DNA of 64,000 nt from Gammaproteobacteria bacterium (GCA_965277405.1 OZ255726.1:1568001-1632000), one strand, 5' to 3'. Counted from the first letter of the stretch, positions 1-11,283 are shown. Numbers and translations are program-made. The notes: a model not told the origin generated them from the sequence alone.

Positions 1-1
1 A

Positions 2-3000
2 GATTGGCAGGGCATTGCTGGGCGCAATTTTGCTGACGCAGCCACCTTGCAAAACAGCAATCAAGCCAACAGTGTTTGGCTCTACCGCAGTTTAGGGCGT
101 GGTTTGCGCGCCCATGCTTTTGGTAATAAACTATTGGCAAGTAACGCCAGCCAACAGCCAAATAGTTTCGACGCGGTCACCCAAACTCACACAGCAACAG
201 CTCCACAGCATTTAGCAACAGCTCCATATGCCCCATTGCTGCAAGATTTAGACACCGCCGACCAAGCATTGCAGCGTGCTAGTGCCACCAAGGTAATCGA
301 CGTCGGCTATATCAATCCAGCACAAGGCAAAGTAACAACCACCAATGTAATGCGCGCAGCAACCGATTATTCTGCAGATAGCACTAGCAACCTTGGGATG
401 AAAGGCCGCTACATTCTTCTATATAAAAACCGCGGTCCAGGCGCGTTTATGCGCCTCAATGAAATAGACGTCATGAGTAATGGTAATGACATCAGCGACC
501 GCATTCAACGCAATGCTGTAGATGGCGCAGGGGCTAGTATTAAATTGTACAGTGGTCGACAAAACTGGACAGAATACACGAATAAAAATAGTTTAATGCT
601 ACAAGAGTATAAGCTCGACCCAAGTATTGGTGATAATCCTAGTCCAGCACAGTTAACTACGTTGGATGATAACAACGAATTAGCGATGGAAACGCTGATA
701 GACGGTACTAATACAGCCGTTACCAATGCTGCCAATGATCCATATCAGTGTGCAGCTGGTAATAACCGGCTTTCTTCTGGCATATTAATTAACAACGATC
801 TTTCGCATGGCATACCACATAATACAGCTACTATCGATCAACCCCAGCACCATTGGTTTATGTATGGATCCAAGCGCAATGGCTCGAACACTCCAAATAT
901 CCAAACCACCTCAAGCTACGAAGTAACAAATGTATTGTTTGCCTATCCTGCGGCGATAGGGGCTGATAATCCATATGACTACATTCGCACATATGGCATG
1001 TGGATTCAACTCGACTTGGGCAAGGTTATGCCCATCGATTATATTGATCTGTTTGCCAGCTGTGGAGCAGAAGACGCCGCCGCTAATTTTGCAGGGATAC
1101 AAATATTTGTTGCTGAAACCACTATGGTGGATTTAAGCAAAGATACTGCGAGCCACATTCAGCAAGTCCTTGGCTTAGCTGCAGCAACAACAGCGTATTC
1201 AGTCACGGTTAAACCATTCGCAACAGCCGCGGCGGTGACAGTTGCCAATAACAAACAACGTTTCTACGCATCTGATTTTCGCAATCCAAATAATGCAACC
1301 AATTTATACAAACAATTTGCAACAACAGCTGGAGTAGTAACACCGCTGCAATTGTATTTGTTTAACGGACCACTGCAGGCATATGCCATGCAAAACCCTG
1401 TGATAGCGGAGTTGTTGTATTTCCCAAGTTATACCCATCAAGCTGCCAACAAAAAATATATCAACAGCTATTTAGCCATGAAGCATGGCAGTTGGCATCA
1501 TCCGCAGTTTTTTGGTGAAGCTGGGATAATAAGTAGTGCTGATAGCAGCGTATATGCATTTGCAAACAATGCCAACTATCTGCGTGCCACAGCAGCTGCA
1601 ACTGACGACACCTTCTCACACAATTTAATCGTCCTCGGCAATGACCCAGGCTATCAGTTTATCCGCAATGCCGGCGCAGCCTTGGTCGAAGACGGCAGTT
1701 ACAACCCGTTAACGGTAGAATTATTAGCCCCTGCACCCGCGTATGCATTTATTGCGATTGCTGATGATGACGGCAGCCCAGGTCGCGACATGACCGACTA
1801 TGTCAATACAAGAAATGGCAACGACATATCCTATGACGTACCACGCCGCTGGCGGATACAACGCACTGCTAATTCACCGGCTTTCAGGCTAAAGTTTGCA
1901 TTACCTCCTTTAATTGCCGCTAAAGCAGTCAGCGCACAAGTTATCCGCAGTCACTCAAATTCTACCCCAATCCGTATGTCACTGGTGGGCAACGTTGCCC
2001 AAACCGATGATTTTGCTAGCGCACTCAACGGCGACCTCACCGCAGAGTTTACCTTTGCATTTATATTTCAAAACGACAGCCCAATCCAAACAAACAAGAT
2101 TAAAGCTATCAAAATCGATGCGGATACCAGCCGTGTATACGTTAGCGACGAAACGATAATTATTGACGTGGAATATACAGAGCCATTGCAAGCTGCCGCA
2201 TTTTTGAATTCAACCAGTTTGCAATTGCAAATTGGCGATGCAACAGCTGATATAAGCCAGGTTGAGTTGCTCAGTTACCGCAACACCTTGCGTTTTAGCT
2301 ATACGGTTCAACCTAGTCATCGCGATGCTGATGGCATTACTGTTAAGCAACTGATCCCAGGCACCATGAGAGATGCCCAAAATCTGGCGCTAGATACCAC
2401 ATTGATCGCCAGCGAGGGTACAGCCAGAGTAAATGGTAGTACTGTTGGGGTAGCATCGATACGATTCATCGCACCAGATCCAGAAATTTTACAAAACGGT
2501 GCCGGATATTCCAATGTTGGCAACGCTAGCATCCAAGTCTTACTCAATCAACCCAGCTCAAGCGCACAAATCAAGGTGTATAACAACGCTACATGTACAG
2601 GAGCAGCAGCAACACATAACCTTACCTCCAAGCAGCGCAGCCATATTATAACAACAGCTAGCAATACCACGCCTGGCACAACCCAATATTCTTTTAAGGT
2701 AGCACCAGCTAACGACTTAATGGGTGACACCGCCTGCGCAGCAACCATATTGAGCTATGTGTATGAAACTACCAAGCCAGATCTATCTGGCGATGTCGTC
2801 GTCAGCGACCCAGTTCTACCCAACCAAGCAAGAAATAATTTTATAGGGCTGCGCCTCAAGCTACAGTTTAATGTTCCAGTCTACAAAAATAGCGTAACAC
2901 TCGATAATTTACGCATTAAAACTACCATACCAGCTAATCCGTCAACTGAGCACTTTGCCGCTGATGATGTGTTGACATGGATTACAACAGCTAACTCCAC

Positions 3001-6000
3001 AGCTAAGCTAGCGCAGACCGCCTATATCACCATCGGCAGGCAAACAACATTGCCCAAACAAGCCACAATTCAATTCGCCGACCCCACACTAGTTATAGCG
3101 AGAAATGGCGCGAGCAACGACGCGAACGAAATAGCAGCACAGCTTGGCTACGACCGCCTAGCTCTGCATATAGGACCAGTCGCAGCTAGCGTCAATGTGA
3201 TTGAGACTGAAGCCAATAAGATCAATAATGGTCATACTGCGTATGGCATCGTTGGCAATAGTGTATACGACAGCGGTGATAGATTTGAATTGCTATTTGA
3301 TACATCATTTGACGGTTTGACCGGTTTGACCAGTTTAACTGACAACCAACACATCCAAGTATTACGCCAAGGTGATTCAGCCGCCAGCTTTGCAAGCGCA
3401 GCTACCGCAACCCATAACAACAATACCAACAAGATTACCATTACTTTAGCGACTGACTCACTCCTACCAAATGATACAATAATCGTTAAAAAAGCAGTAT
3501 TTGGCGCTGGTGTGGCATGGGATGACGCAATATTTATTGTCCCAGATAAAATACAACCAGTGTTGCTAACCGCCAATATATACAACCCCAATGGGACTGC
3601 AAACCCGTATACAGCAGGCAATGCCATTGTACTGGGCTTTAGTGAACCGTTGCGGCTTGTTCAAGATGTAACTGCAGATGCTTTTCAAATAAAACCACTG
3701 AATCAAATCTTGGATTTTAGTGTTGATACCAGTCCAGAGACATTGGCTAAAGGACAAATTCGCTTAGTAATCAATACAACTCAGAATATAACTGCAGTGC
3801 CTACCATAGCTGTGCGACATTCCATGACGACAAAAATCACAGATAACGCTGGCAACCCTTATCTATACCTGAAACAAACGGGTAGCGCTGGCAACAGAGC
3901 TATAGAACATCGATTACCAACCTCAAACGTTCCTCATATAGGGAATATGACCATAAATTCTGGCACCTATACATCTGGCGATACCCTCACTTTAGTTATG
4001 ACTTTCAACAAGTTTGTTCGTCCATCGCGTACAGCAGGTAGAGGAACTGTTACTTTAACTATTGGCGGTAAAGATGTATTGCTGTATTACGTTGACGGCA
4101 TACCAGATGCTAACAACTCGTTTGCCCTGACAAAAACAGTGGAATTTGCTACTGTTGTTTCTGGCATGATAGACCTAGACGGCATCAGTTTGCAGGCAAA
4201 CACTGATCGACAATTTTATAACGACAATCCTACTGGATTTTCGATTGGTGGCAATGCACTTCATGCTATCTACCCCGCGCAGGACTTTCCAGGCGTCAAA
4301 ATAAACGCACCATTTCGTATTGGCAACGGTGTTGCTATATGGCTTGACTCAGCAGACCTCGATGCTGACGGTACCCGTGATGCGCCACTCGGGTTTAATG
4401 GTCTGAGTTATATGAAGTATGATAAGGAAGGAACCAGAAAATATGACATTACCAATGATGACCTGCCAGAGAGTTTGCAAGTCAACCATTTTGATGATAT
4501 GCGCGCTGTTTGGCGCAGCAAAGCTGCTGCCCCATGGGATGGGCTGTATGTGATCAATGGAGCTGACATGAGGCCGCCTGGTAATATTGAGGGTAAAAGC
4601 AGATATTCAGGGCGGTTGCGCGTTGGTCAACATGTTTGCCGCAATGAAACTCCGGGAATAACACCTGGTGATAACGAAGGAAGTTCTAGAGGAAGTAGTT
4701 GCGCTGAGGTTAAAAAATACAATTTGTATGTTGGTGAAATGCGTCTTGCACCGCTGAGTCATGAAATCCAGCAAAATTATTTTAACGGGCTGCCGGTTAT
4801 CGGCGCGGTACCAACAGAACCTGATTCAAAAGCAATTGCTCGTAATTCAGCTGGGTATATGCAGCATCTGGCCTCAACAGATAGCTCAATATCGATTGCT
4901 AATTATCAACCTAACCGTCTCTACACAGATACACGGGTATGGTCTATTTTTGATAAAAAACTAGAAGCAATAACCGAATTAACGCTGATGGGCTTAATTA
5001 AATCTATCCCAAGATTTATCCCTACTCCAGCAGGTAGTGGAAGGAATGCGGCAGACAACTATAACGCTATTTTTACTACTAGATTAGCTGCGATAAAAGG
5101 AATCTTTCTAGGGTATTTATATGATTCAAATCAAGTAGACCAGAATTTTAATACCTATAATTTACTGATAGGGTTTAGAGGGCAACGTCCAGGGTATAAT
5201 ATACGACCACTACTTGGTGAATTAACGAATGTCAGCAGCAATCAGCGATCGGGATATGGAAGCGATGAGGATGTCAGAGCCACACAGGTTATTCCTAATA
5301 TTACCGAGCCGACATTGATGGAAGCCGTATTAGCTCTTGGTAATAATCCAACTCGTTTTCAAATGTATTATGGCGGCAGACAAAACTCTAACTACGGTAG
5401 CAGCAATTCAAATTTAACTTCATATACTAGATCTTCAGTATTTGCTTCAACCAGTATATCGCCATCCAGGAGAACTCCCTACGACCCGCATAAAGCACCA
5501 ACTATAGATCCTTTCAGTACCGCGTATTATCCTGAAGTACTGTATTACAGCAGAGTGCTAAGCCAAGCTGAACGCCTAGTCGTACGCAACTACCTGAAAG
5601 CCAAGTGGGGGCAGCTTGGTTCTATGCCCAGTGGCAAGCAAACCAATGGCTGGAATGGCGATTTTACCAGCGATGATAAATATCGCTTTGACCCAACCAG
5701 CGATACTGCTAATGATATTAGCTCATTTCGTGAAAACGTTACGGGTATTGTCAATATGACACCACCACCAGACTTACTACCAAATCGAGGAGGAGCAATA
5801 CAAAATGTTACTGACGACACCAGCAAAGTAGCTGTTGCGCAAACCGAAGATGGCGTTGTTGCCATACAAGACAATAGCTTTTTGCTTGACCGTGGCGATT
5901 CAATTTTTATCGGCACCAACCATTACCAGCCAACCAAAAGGTTGATGACACAGGTGAATGATGCGTACCGCAACATCGGCAAAGTATTCGACTATGTCTG

Positions 6001-6469
6001 GGCGATGGATATTCGCGATTTAACAACTATTAAAGATGGCGGTGGCGTTTCTATTATTGTGGATATTAGCAAGATTGTGAATGCAATTGATTTAGCGTTG
6101 CTGCAGCAAGCTGCTGAATTTGATGAAAATCATGGCAATATTGTGTATTCATTTAGCGAAGATATCAGCGCGGATACCGCTACCTCGCAACTCATTGCCA
6201 AGAAAAATAATGTGTATTTGCTTGGCGCTGCGGACTCAGGCACCTACTCCATATCCGCACTATCTGAACCTATGATTAGCTCGTACCAACGCATTGCCAA
6301 AGCCAGCAGCTATATGGTGGAAATAACGGCAGATAACAAAATAGTTGCTATTTACGTCTCTTTTAACAATTTAAATGTAGATACGGACCGTCCATTTACC
6401 GATTTACAACAAACGCTTAACACAGGTTTTTATCGCGTCAGTATTGGTCTGCCTGGCATTTTTGAATGA
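2..6469 (+). CDS. Giant secreted/surface adhesin-like protein, 5'-truncated by the window edge
   Basis: Frame is open from base 2 (no stop before the TTG at 47). Rich in T/A/N/S. Contains a discoidin/F5-8C-like motif (WIQLDLGKVMPIDYIDLF), Ig-like beta repeats and two related LamG-like segments (ELLYF...INSYLAMKHG; EVLYYSRVLSQAERLVVRNYLKAKWG). Confidence 0.7.
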   Translation, partial: DWQGIAGRNFADAATLQNSNQANSVWLYRSLGRGLRAHAFGNKLLASNASQQPNSFDAVTQTHTATAPQHLATAPYAPLLQDLDTADQALQRASATKVIDVGYINPAQGKVTTTNVMRAATDYSADSTSNLGMKGRYILLYKNRGPGAFMRLNEIDVMSNGNDISDRIQRNAVDGAGASIKLYSGRQNWTEYTNKNSLMLQEYKLDPSIGDNPSPAQLTTLDDNNELAMETLIDGTNTAVTNAANDPYQCAAGNNRLSSGILINNDLSHGIPHNTATIDQPQHHWFMYGSKRNGSNTPNIQTTSSYEVTNVLFAYPAAIGADNPYDYIRTYGMWIQLDLGKVMPIDYIDLFASCGAEDAAANFAGIQIFVAETTMVDLSKDTASHIQQVLGLAAATTAYSVTVKPFATAAAVTVANNKQRFYASDFRNPNNATNLYKQFATTAGVVTPLQLYLFNGPLQAYAMQNPVIAELLYFPSYTHQAANKKYINSYLAMKHGSWHHPQFFGEAGIISSADSSVYAFANNANYLRATAAATDDTFSHNLIVLGNDPGYQFIRNAGAALVEDGSYNPLTVELLAPAPAYAFIAIADDDGSPGRDMTDYVNTRNGNDISYDVPRRWRIQRTANSPAFRLKFALPPLIAAKAVSAQVIRSHSNSTPIRMSLVGNVAQTDDFASALNGDLTAEFTFAFIFQNDSPIQTNKIKAIKIDADTSRVYVSDETIIIDVEYTEPLQAAAFLNSTSLQLQIGDATADISQVELLSYRNTLRFSYTVQPSHRDADGITVKQLIPGTMRDAQNLALDTTLIASEGTARVNGSTVGVASIRFIAPDPEILQNGAGYSNVGNASIQVLLNQPSSSAQIKVYNNATCTGAAATHNLTSKQRSHIITTASNTTPGTTQYSFKVAPANDLMGDTACAATILSYVYETTKPDLSGDVVVSDPVLPNQARNNFIGLRLKLQFNVPVYKNSVTLDNLRIKTTIPANPSTEHFAADDVLTWITTANSTAKLAQTAYITIGRQTTLPKQATIQFADPTLVIARNGASNDANEIAAQLGYDRLALHIGPVAASVNVIETEANKINNGHTAYGIVGNSVYDSGDRFELLFDTSFDGLTGLTSLTDNQHIQVLRQGDSAASFASAATATHNNNTNKITITLATDSLLPNDTIIVKKAVFGAGVAWDDAIFIVPDKIQPVLLTANIYNPNGTANPYTAGNAIVLGFSEPLRLVQDVTADAFQIKPLNQILDFSVDTSPETLAKGQIRLVINTTQNITAVPTIAVRHSMTTKITDNAGNPYLYLKQTGSAGNRAIEHRLPTSNVPHIGNMTINSGTYTSGDTLTLVMTFNKFVRPSRTAGRGTVTLTIGGKDVLLYYVDGIPDANNSFALTKTVEFATVVSGMIDLDGISLQANTDRQFYNDNPTGFSIGGNALHAIYPAQDFPGVKINAPFRIGNGVAIWLDSADLDADGTRDAPLGFNGLSYMKYDKEGTRKYDITNDDLPESLQVNHFDDMRAVWRSKAAAPWDGLYVINGADMRPPGNIEGKSRYSGRLRVGQHVCRNETPGITPGDNEGSSRGSSCAEVKKYNLYVGEMRLAPLSHEIQQNYFNGLPVIGAVPTEPDSKAIARNSAGYMQHLASTDSSISIANYQPNRLYTDTRVWSIFDKKLEAITELTLMGLIKSIPRFIPTPAGSGRNAADNYNAIFTTRLAAIKGIFLGYLYDSNQVDQNFNTYNLLIGFRGQRPGYNIRPLLGELTNVSSNQRSGYGSDEDVRATQVIPNITEPTLMEAVLALGNNPTRFQMYYGGRQNSNYGSSNSNLTSYTRSSVFASTSISPSRRTPYDPHKAPTIDPFSTAYYPEVLYYSRVLSQAERLVVRNYLKAKWGQLGSMPSGKQTNGWNGDFTSDDKYRFDPTSDTANDISSFRENVTGIVNMTPPPDLLPNRGGAIQNVTDDTSKVAVAQTEDGVVAIQDNSFLLDRGDSIFIGTNHYQPTKRLMTQVNDAYRNIGKVFDYVWAMDIRDLTTIKDGGGVSIIVDISKIVNAIDLALLQQAAEFDENHGNIVYSFSEDISADTATSQLIAKKNNVYLLGAADSGTYSISALSEPMISSYQRIAKASSYMVEITADNKIVAIYVSFNNLNVDTDRPFTDLQQTLNTGFYRVSIGLPGIFE

Positions 6470-6501
6470 GCGTGTCTAGCAAATGCAGCTTGCTATGTTT
6501 A

Positions 6502-6580
6502 GGGAAGCTCTGACTAATTCGCTGAGTGTGCGCGGTTGTTGCTCTTTTTTAGCCCATCATTGCTTTAATCATAGCTGGCG
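6502..6580 (+). mobile_element. Internally deleted, degenerate MITE copy (both ends only)
   Basis: GGAAGCTCTGACTAATTCGCTGA matches the left end and GCCCATCATTGCTTTAATCATAGCT matches the right end of the family, about 80 bp in total. Confidence 0.6.
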
Positions 6581-6633
6581 TAATGGCAGTTATCTTGTTG
6601 CACAATGCGTGTCAGAGTTGGGCGGTGTTGCCA

Positions 6634-7407
6634 TTATTTTGGTGGGCGCGGGTTATCTACTTGTTGTTGATACAGTTCAATGAGTTTGGCATATTTCATA
6701 TACGAATGGAAGGCGGAGGTTATGGCGACAGTTGTGCCATCAATTCCTTGAAATATCCCGCCCTTGAAAATCAATTTCTTGATAAACGCATACGCGCCAT
6801 GCCGCAATGGCGCGAGTGGCGATGGCTTTTTTTTGCCAGTAGATTTTAATGCCCATGCATCATGAGAGCTGAGCCAATTGATCCGCATTATCCAATGTGA
6901 ATAATTTTCATACGTATAGTGCAGCATGTGGCAATCAAGTTGTTTGATCCGTTTGGCTTTGACACGGGCGTGTTTTTTTTGTGGCAGATACGCTGCAGTA
7001 TGTTTATTGTATAGGCGGATAACATAGTCTGGATAAAATCCCGCAGCACGTATCCAATGACTGCCAACAAAATTTTTGCGTTTGATGGCGTAGCCGTCAC
7101 ATGCTTTAGAAAACGCTAATATGGGTATTTGTTGCTGGGCATCAATATCGAGGCGTTCATCTGCATCGATGCTCAAAATCCAATCGAATTTGGCGTATTG
7201 CACGCCAAATGCCTTTTGTGGCCCGTCGCCTAAATATTCCTGCAGATATACTTCAGCACCATGTGCCTTGGCGATAGCAACCGTGTCGTCTGTGCTCAGT
7301 GAATCAACAACAATCACTTGGTCACACACACCTTGCAGCGATGCAATGCAGCCTGCGATAGTTGCAGCCTCGTTTAAGGTAATAATCGTTGCGGTAATTC
7401 CTGTCAT
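6634..7407 (-). CDS. Glycosyltransferase family 2 (WaaE/KdtX-like LPS core glucosyltransferase)
   Basis: IITLNEA, VVDSLSTDDT, WILSIDADE and YPDYVIRLY motifs. Confidence 0.9.
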   Translation of the reverse strand: MTGITATIITLNEAATIAGCIASLQGVCDQVIVVDSLSTDDTVAIAKAHGAEVYLQEYLGDGPQKAFGVQYAKFDWILSIDADERLDIDAQQQIPILAFSKACDGYAIKRKNFVGSHWIRAAGFYPDYVIRLYNKHTAAYLPQKKHARVKAKRIKQLDCHMLHYTYENYSHWIMRINWLSSHDAWALKSTGKKKPSPLAPLRHGAYAFIKKLIFKGGIFQGIDGTTVAITSAFHSYMKYAKLIELYQQQVDNPRPPK

Positions 7408-7556
7408 CGTCTGTGCTCAAAAGTTAGCTAATAAATATACCGCCACTCGATGGAAATTGCGATGCTTTACCAGTATGGATTTTAATCAATACGCATAACA
7501 ATAACCAATTATCAGTATTTAAAAAAATAATCAGAGGTTCGCAAAGGGTAACTGGA

Positions 7557-8468
7557 TCAGATTTTCAGTAGCGCAATCGCGATATCAGCAGCTAAAGCAG
7601 CATTGTTTTTGACTAAAGCAATATTGGCTTGTAAGGTTTTACCGTGTGAAAGATCGTTCAGCTTTGCCAATAAAAATGGGGTAACAGCTTTTCCTTGAAT
7701 GCCTTGATCATCGGCTTGTTGCAGCGCAGCTGTAATCAATCGCTCCATAGTTGCAAGCGGTATTTCGTCGCTGACTGCAATAGGATTGGCAATCAACTGC
7801 CCTTGCTGGAAGCCTAGCATACCTCGCAGCTGATGGAGCTTAGCTATTTCCTGCGGGGTATCAACACGTAATGGCGCGGATATAGTCGATGTGCTCGACC
7901 AAAAAGCCGGCAAGAAATCTGCACGGTACGCCATGAGTGGCACACCATGAGATTCAAGAACTTCTACCGTTTTTGGAATATCTAAAATTGCCTTCGCTCC
8001 TGCTGCCACCACACTAACAGGAGTAATTGCCAATTCATATAAGTCAGCTGAAACATCAAAGCTGTGCTCAGCACCACGGTGGACACCGCCAATCCCTCCA
8101 GTGGCAAACACCGCAATATTAGCAAGATGGGCAATTGTCATAGTTGCGGCGACAGTCGTCGCGCCTACATATCCGGCTTGGATACAATGGGCAATATCAC
8201 TGCGGCTTATTTTTTTGGCATCTTGTTGCTGCGCCAGGGCTGTTAGCTCAGCAGTGGTGTGACCAACATGCACAACATGGTTGCTTACCGCAATCGTGGC
8301 AGGGGTGGCTCCAGCGTCAATAATAATTTGCTCCACTGCCAATGCGGTTTCTATATTCTGGGGAAAGGGCATGCCGTGGGTGATGATGGTGCTTTCTAAC
8401 GCAACAATTGGGTCGCCATTTGCCCGTGCTTGAGCAACTGCAGGGCTATAGCTAATTGGCAGTGACAT
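7557..8468 (-). CDS. psuG: Pseudouridine-5'-phosphate glycosidase
   Basis: VALESTIITHGMPFPQN, FATGGIGGVHRGA, SADLYEL and GKAVTPFLL motifs. Confidence 0.95.
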   Translation of the reverse strand: MSLPISYSPAVAQARANGDPIVALESTIITHGMPFPQNIETALAVEQIIIDAGATPATIAVSNHVVHVGHTTAELTALAQQQDAKKISRSDIAHCIQAGYVGATTVAATMTIAHLANIAVFATGGIGGVHRGAEHSFDVSADLYELAITPVSVVAAGAKAILDIPKTVEVLESHGVPLMAYRADFLPAFWSSTSTISAPLRVDTPQEIAKLHQLRGMLGFQQGQLIANPIAVSDEIPLATMERLITAALQQADDQGIQGKAVTPFLLAKLNDLSHGKTLQANIALVKNNAALAADIAIALLKI

Positions 8469-9411
8469 CTTGATGGCTCACGGTTGTACTGATATGCAAA
8501 GCTGTGTCAGCCAGCGCAAATTTGAGTGCTGCTGCTGGTTGCTGCCCACGCACTTCGGCAGCAATATGCGCCGCCATAAATCGATCCCCTGCACCAGTAA
8601 CACGGGCGACACGCACAGGCGGTGGTATTGCTGTAATCAATCCTGTTGTGGTTGCCTCCGCAGCAGCTAATGCGCCATTGGTAACAAGCGCGCGTTGTGC
8701 TCCAGCCGTAACTAATGCTCGAGCAGCGTCTGCAGCACTGGTGAATGTTTGGTTGGTTATGGTTGCTGCTTCTAGTAAGTTGGTATACATCGTAACGTGG
8801 TTATATTGTAAAAATAAACGCATTCTATCAGCTTTTTCGGGGCTAGCTGGCGCAACACGCAGGTCTGCAGCCGCAAACACTCCTGCATCGATGAATTGTT
8901 GCAGGTTCTCAGCTGTAATATTAGTATCAACCGTAATAATACCTGACCACGGTTGTTGTTGCCTTGCTAACAACCCATTGCGCAAAGGTTGTATAATTGC
9001 AGTGCCGGCAAGCTCTAGCGAATTTGCATCAGCAACCGCCCCGACCAATTGCTGAGCGCTTTCGATTGCCATATACATGCCTGTTGGCAGGCTGTCGCTG
9101 CGATGGACAAAAGAAGTATCAACTCCCATGCTGTTGGCAACTGCAATCAGCTCATTGCCATTGGCATCGTTCCCAACCACGGAGAGTAGTCCAGCATCAA
9201 TGTTTAGCATGCATAATGCGTGAGCAATGTTATAGGCAACGCCGCCTGGCATGCGTATAATCTTCCCTGGCACGTCCGCACCATAGTCCATATGTAGCGT
9301 GGTTTGACCAATAATGTCCCAGTGCATTGCCCCGATGCACAGTACCTGTGGCTGGCGATTATTTGCTGATCTCAATATATGTATTGTTGGTAAATGATGG
9401 GTGAATATCAT
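8452..9411 (-). CDS. psuK: PfkB-family kinase, probable pseudouridine kinase (start uncertain)
   Basis: PGGVAYNIA and VTGAGDRF PfkB signatures; overlaps psuG. Confidence 0.75.
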   Translation of the reverse strand: MIFTHHLPTIHILRSANNRQPQVLCIGAMHWDIIGQTTLHMDYGADVPGKIIRMPGGVAYNIAHALCMLNIDAGLLSVVGNDANGNELIAVANSMGVDTSFVHRSDSLPTGMYMAIESAQQLVGAVADANSLELAGTAIIQPLRNGLLARQQQPWSGIITVDTNITAENLQQFIDAGVFAAADLRVAPASPEKADRMRLFLQYNHVTMYTNLLEAATITNQTFTSAADAARALVTAGAQRALVTNGALAAAEATTTGLITAIPPPVRVARVTGAGDRFMAAHIAAEVRGQQPAAALKFALADTALHISTTVSHQDVTAN

Positions 9412-9470
9412 ATTGTATGAGAAACTAGCTAAATGCAAAATTTATTTTAAGGTCAAATTTTAAGGTCAAT

Positions 9471-10838
9471 ATGTCAGGCAATCTAACTTTTCCCAAACTA
9501 CAGCAAGCATTCAAAGACGGTGCAATTGATACAGTGATTGTGGCGATGGTAGATATGCAAGGCAGGCTGATGGGAAAGCGCTTCCATGCAGCAAATTTTA
9601 TTGAGACAGCGCATACCCAGACCCATACATGCAATTATTTACTGGCGACAGATTATGCAATGGCAACCGTGGCCGGATACGCAGCAACATCGTGGTCACA
9701 AGGGTATGGCGACTATACCATGAAGCCAGATATGGCGACGCTGCGCTATGTGCCATGGCTTGAAAAAACTGCGCTGGTCCTGTGTGACACCTATGATCAT
9801 CACGGCAACAAGCCAATCGAACATGCCCCGCGCACCATGCTAAAACAACAAATTAAGCGCCTCCAAGCCATGGGGATGCAAGCAAAAATGGCATCTGAAT
9901 TAGAATTCTTTTTATTTCAACAAAGCTATGAGCAGGCTTTACAGCAAAGTTATTTAAGCATGGAGTTTATGAGTGGTCAAAATGAAGACTACCATGTTTT
10001 TCAGACCAGCAAAGAAGAGCAGGTTATGCGCGCGATTCGCAACGGATTATACGGCGCAGGGATTGACGTTGAATGCTCAAAAGGCGAGGCATCTGCTGGA
10101 CAAGAAGAGATAAATGTTAAATATGACTACGCATTGATTGCCGCTGACAACCATGTAATAATAAAAAACGCATGCAAAGAAATAGCATGGGGAAAAGGTC
10201 AGGCAGTGACATTCATGGCAAAGTGGCATAACGGCTCGGCAGGGTCGTCATCCCATGTGCATCAGTCGTTGTGGAGCCCCGCAGGTGAACCACTTTTCTA
10301 TGACGCGGATCAGCAATACGGGATGTCGCAGACCATGCAACACTACGTTGCAGGATTATTACAACATAGTAGTGCAATGACATATTTCCTTGCCCCGAAT
10401 ATTAACTCGTACAAACGCTTTGTCCCTGGCTCTTTTGCGCCAACGCAAGCGGTGTGGAGTCTCGATAACCGCACAGCAGGATATCGTGTATGCGGTGATT
10501 CTAGCCAAGGCATTCGCATTGAATGCAGAGTTGGCGGGTCAGACTTAAACCCATATTTAGCATTCGCCGCACTGCTTGCAGCTGGGATTGATGGCATGCA
10601 AAACAACCGCGAACTTGGTGCAGAATGTAGCGGCGATGCATATGCAAACAGTGACATAGCAGCTATTCCCTCCACACTTGATGCCGCAATTACTCAGTTA
10701 CGCGCTTCCAACGTATACCGTCAAGCATTTGGAGACGCTGTAGTCGATCATTATTGCCGTGCGGGGGAATGGGAGATACAGCAACACCAACAAAGCGTCA
10801 CAGATTGGGAGGTCAAACGTGGTTTTGAGCAAGCATAG
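9471..10838 (+). CDS. Glutamine synthetase-family gamma-glutamyl-amine ligase (PuuA-like)
   Basis: DMQGRLMGKR, ASELEFFLF, GQEEIN, GSSSHVHQSL, NSYKRF, DNRT and IECRVGGSDLNPYL motifs. Confidence 0.9.
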   Translation: MSGNLTFPKLQQAFKDGAIDTVIVAMVDMQGRLMGKRFHAANFIETAHTQTHTCNYLLATDYAMATVAGYAATSWSQGYGDYTMKPDMATLRYVPWLEKTALVLCDTYDHHGNKPIEHAPRTMLKQQIKRLQAMGMQAKMASELEFFLFQQSYEQALQQSYLSMEFMSGQNEDYHVFQTSKEEQVMRAIRNGLYGAGIDVECSKGEASAGQEEINVKYDYALIAADNHVIIKNACKEIAWGKGQAVTFMAKWHNGSAGSSSHVHQSLWSPAGEPLFYDADQQYGMSQTMQHYVAGLLQHSSAMTYFLAPNINSYKRFVPGSFAPTQAVWSLDNRTAGYRVCGDSSQGIRIECRVGGSDLNPYLAFAALLAAGIDGMQNNRELGAECSGDAYANSDIAAIPSTLDAAITQLRASNVYRQAFGDAVVDHYCRAGEWEIQQHQQSVTDWEVKRGFEQA

Positions 10839-10868
10839 CAGCCACAATACCCAATATTGATGCGTTAT

Positions 10869-10940
10869 TTACAGCTTATTACAGCTTATTACATTACAGC
10901 TTACAGCCAGCTACAGCCAGCTACAGCCAGCTACAGCCAG
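10869..10940. repeat. Short tandem repeats (TTACAGCTTA units then about four CTACAGCCAG units)
   Basis: Directly visible 10-bp units with no spacers. Confidence 0.85.
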
Positions 10941-10988
10941 CAAAAAACTGCATGTAGCTATCATCCAAGCAACAGCACCTTAACCTAT

Positions 10989-11093
10989 GGAAACTCTGAT
11001 TAACGCGCTGATGGAGCGAGTTTGCCTGCAATTGCTGCTGATGGCAAGGCGCAAACCGCTGCGCGCATGACCTAGCGATACGCCAAGGGATGC
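10989..11093 (+). mobile_element. Truncated MITE copy (left ~105 bp)
   Basis: GGAAACTCTGATTAACGCGCTGATGGAGCGAGTTTGCCTGCAATTG...CGCCAAGGGATGC matches the family; the right half is absent. Confidence 0.85.
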
Positions 11094-11283
11094 TACCACT
11101 AGCCCCTGTTTGGAAAAAGATTTTTACCCAGACCTGCCAACGTCATACGCAGATGGTGTTTTCAAGTATAATAATGGCAGTGAAATTTCTATACAACCGT
11201 CGAATACTCTGTATTTTTTTGTATTCTGCTCATCACTACAATCTTATACAATCTTATTTTAAATACTGGAGTACATCTTGAGT

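Noticed and set aside
10869-10940. CRISPR-like array
   Set aside because: Units are 10 bp, contiguous, with no spacers and no cas genes.
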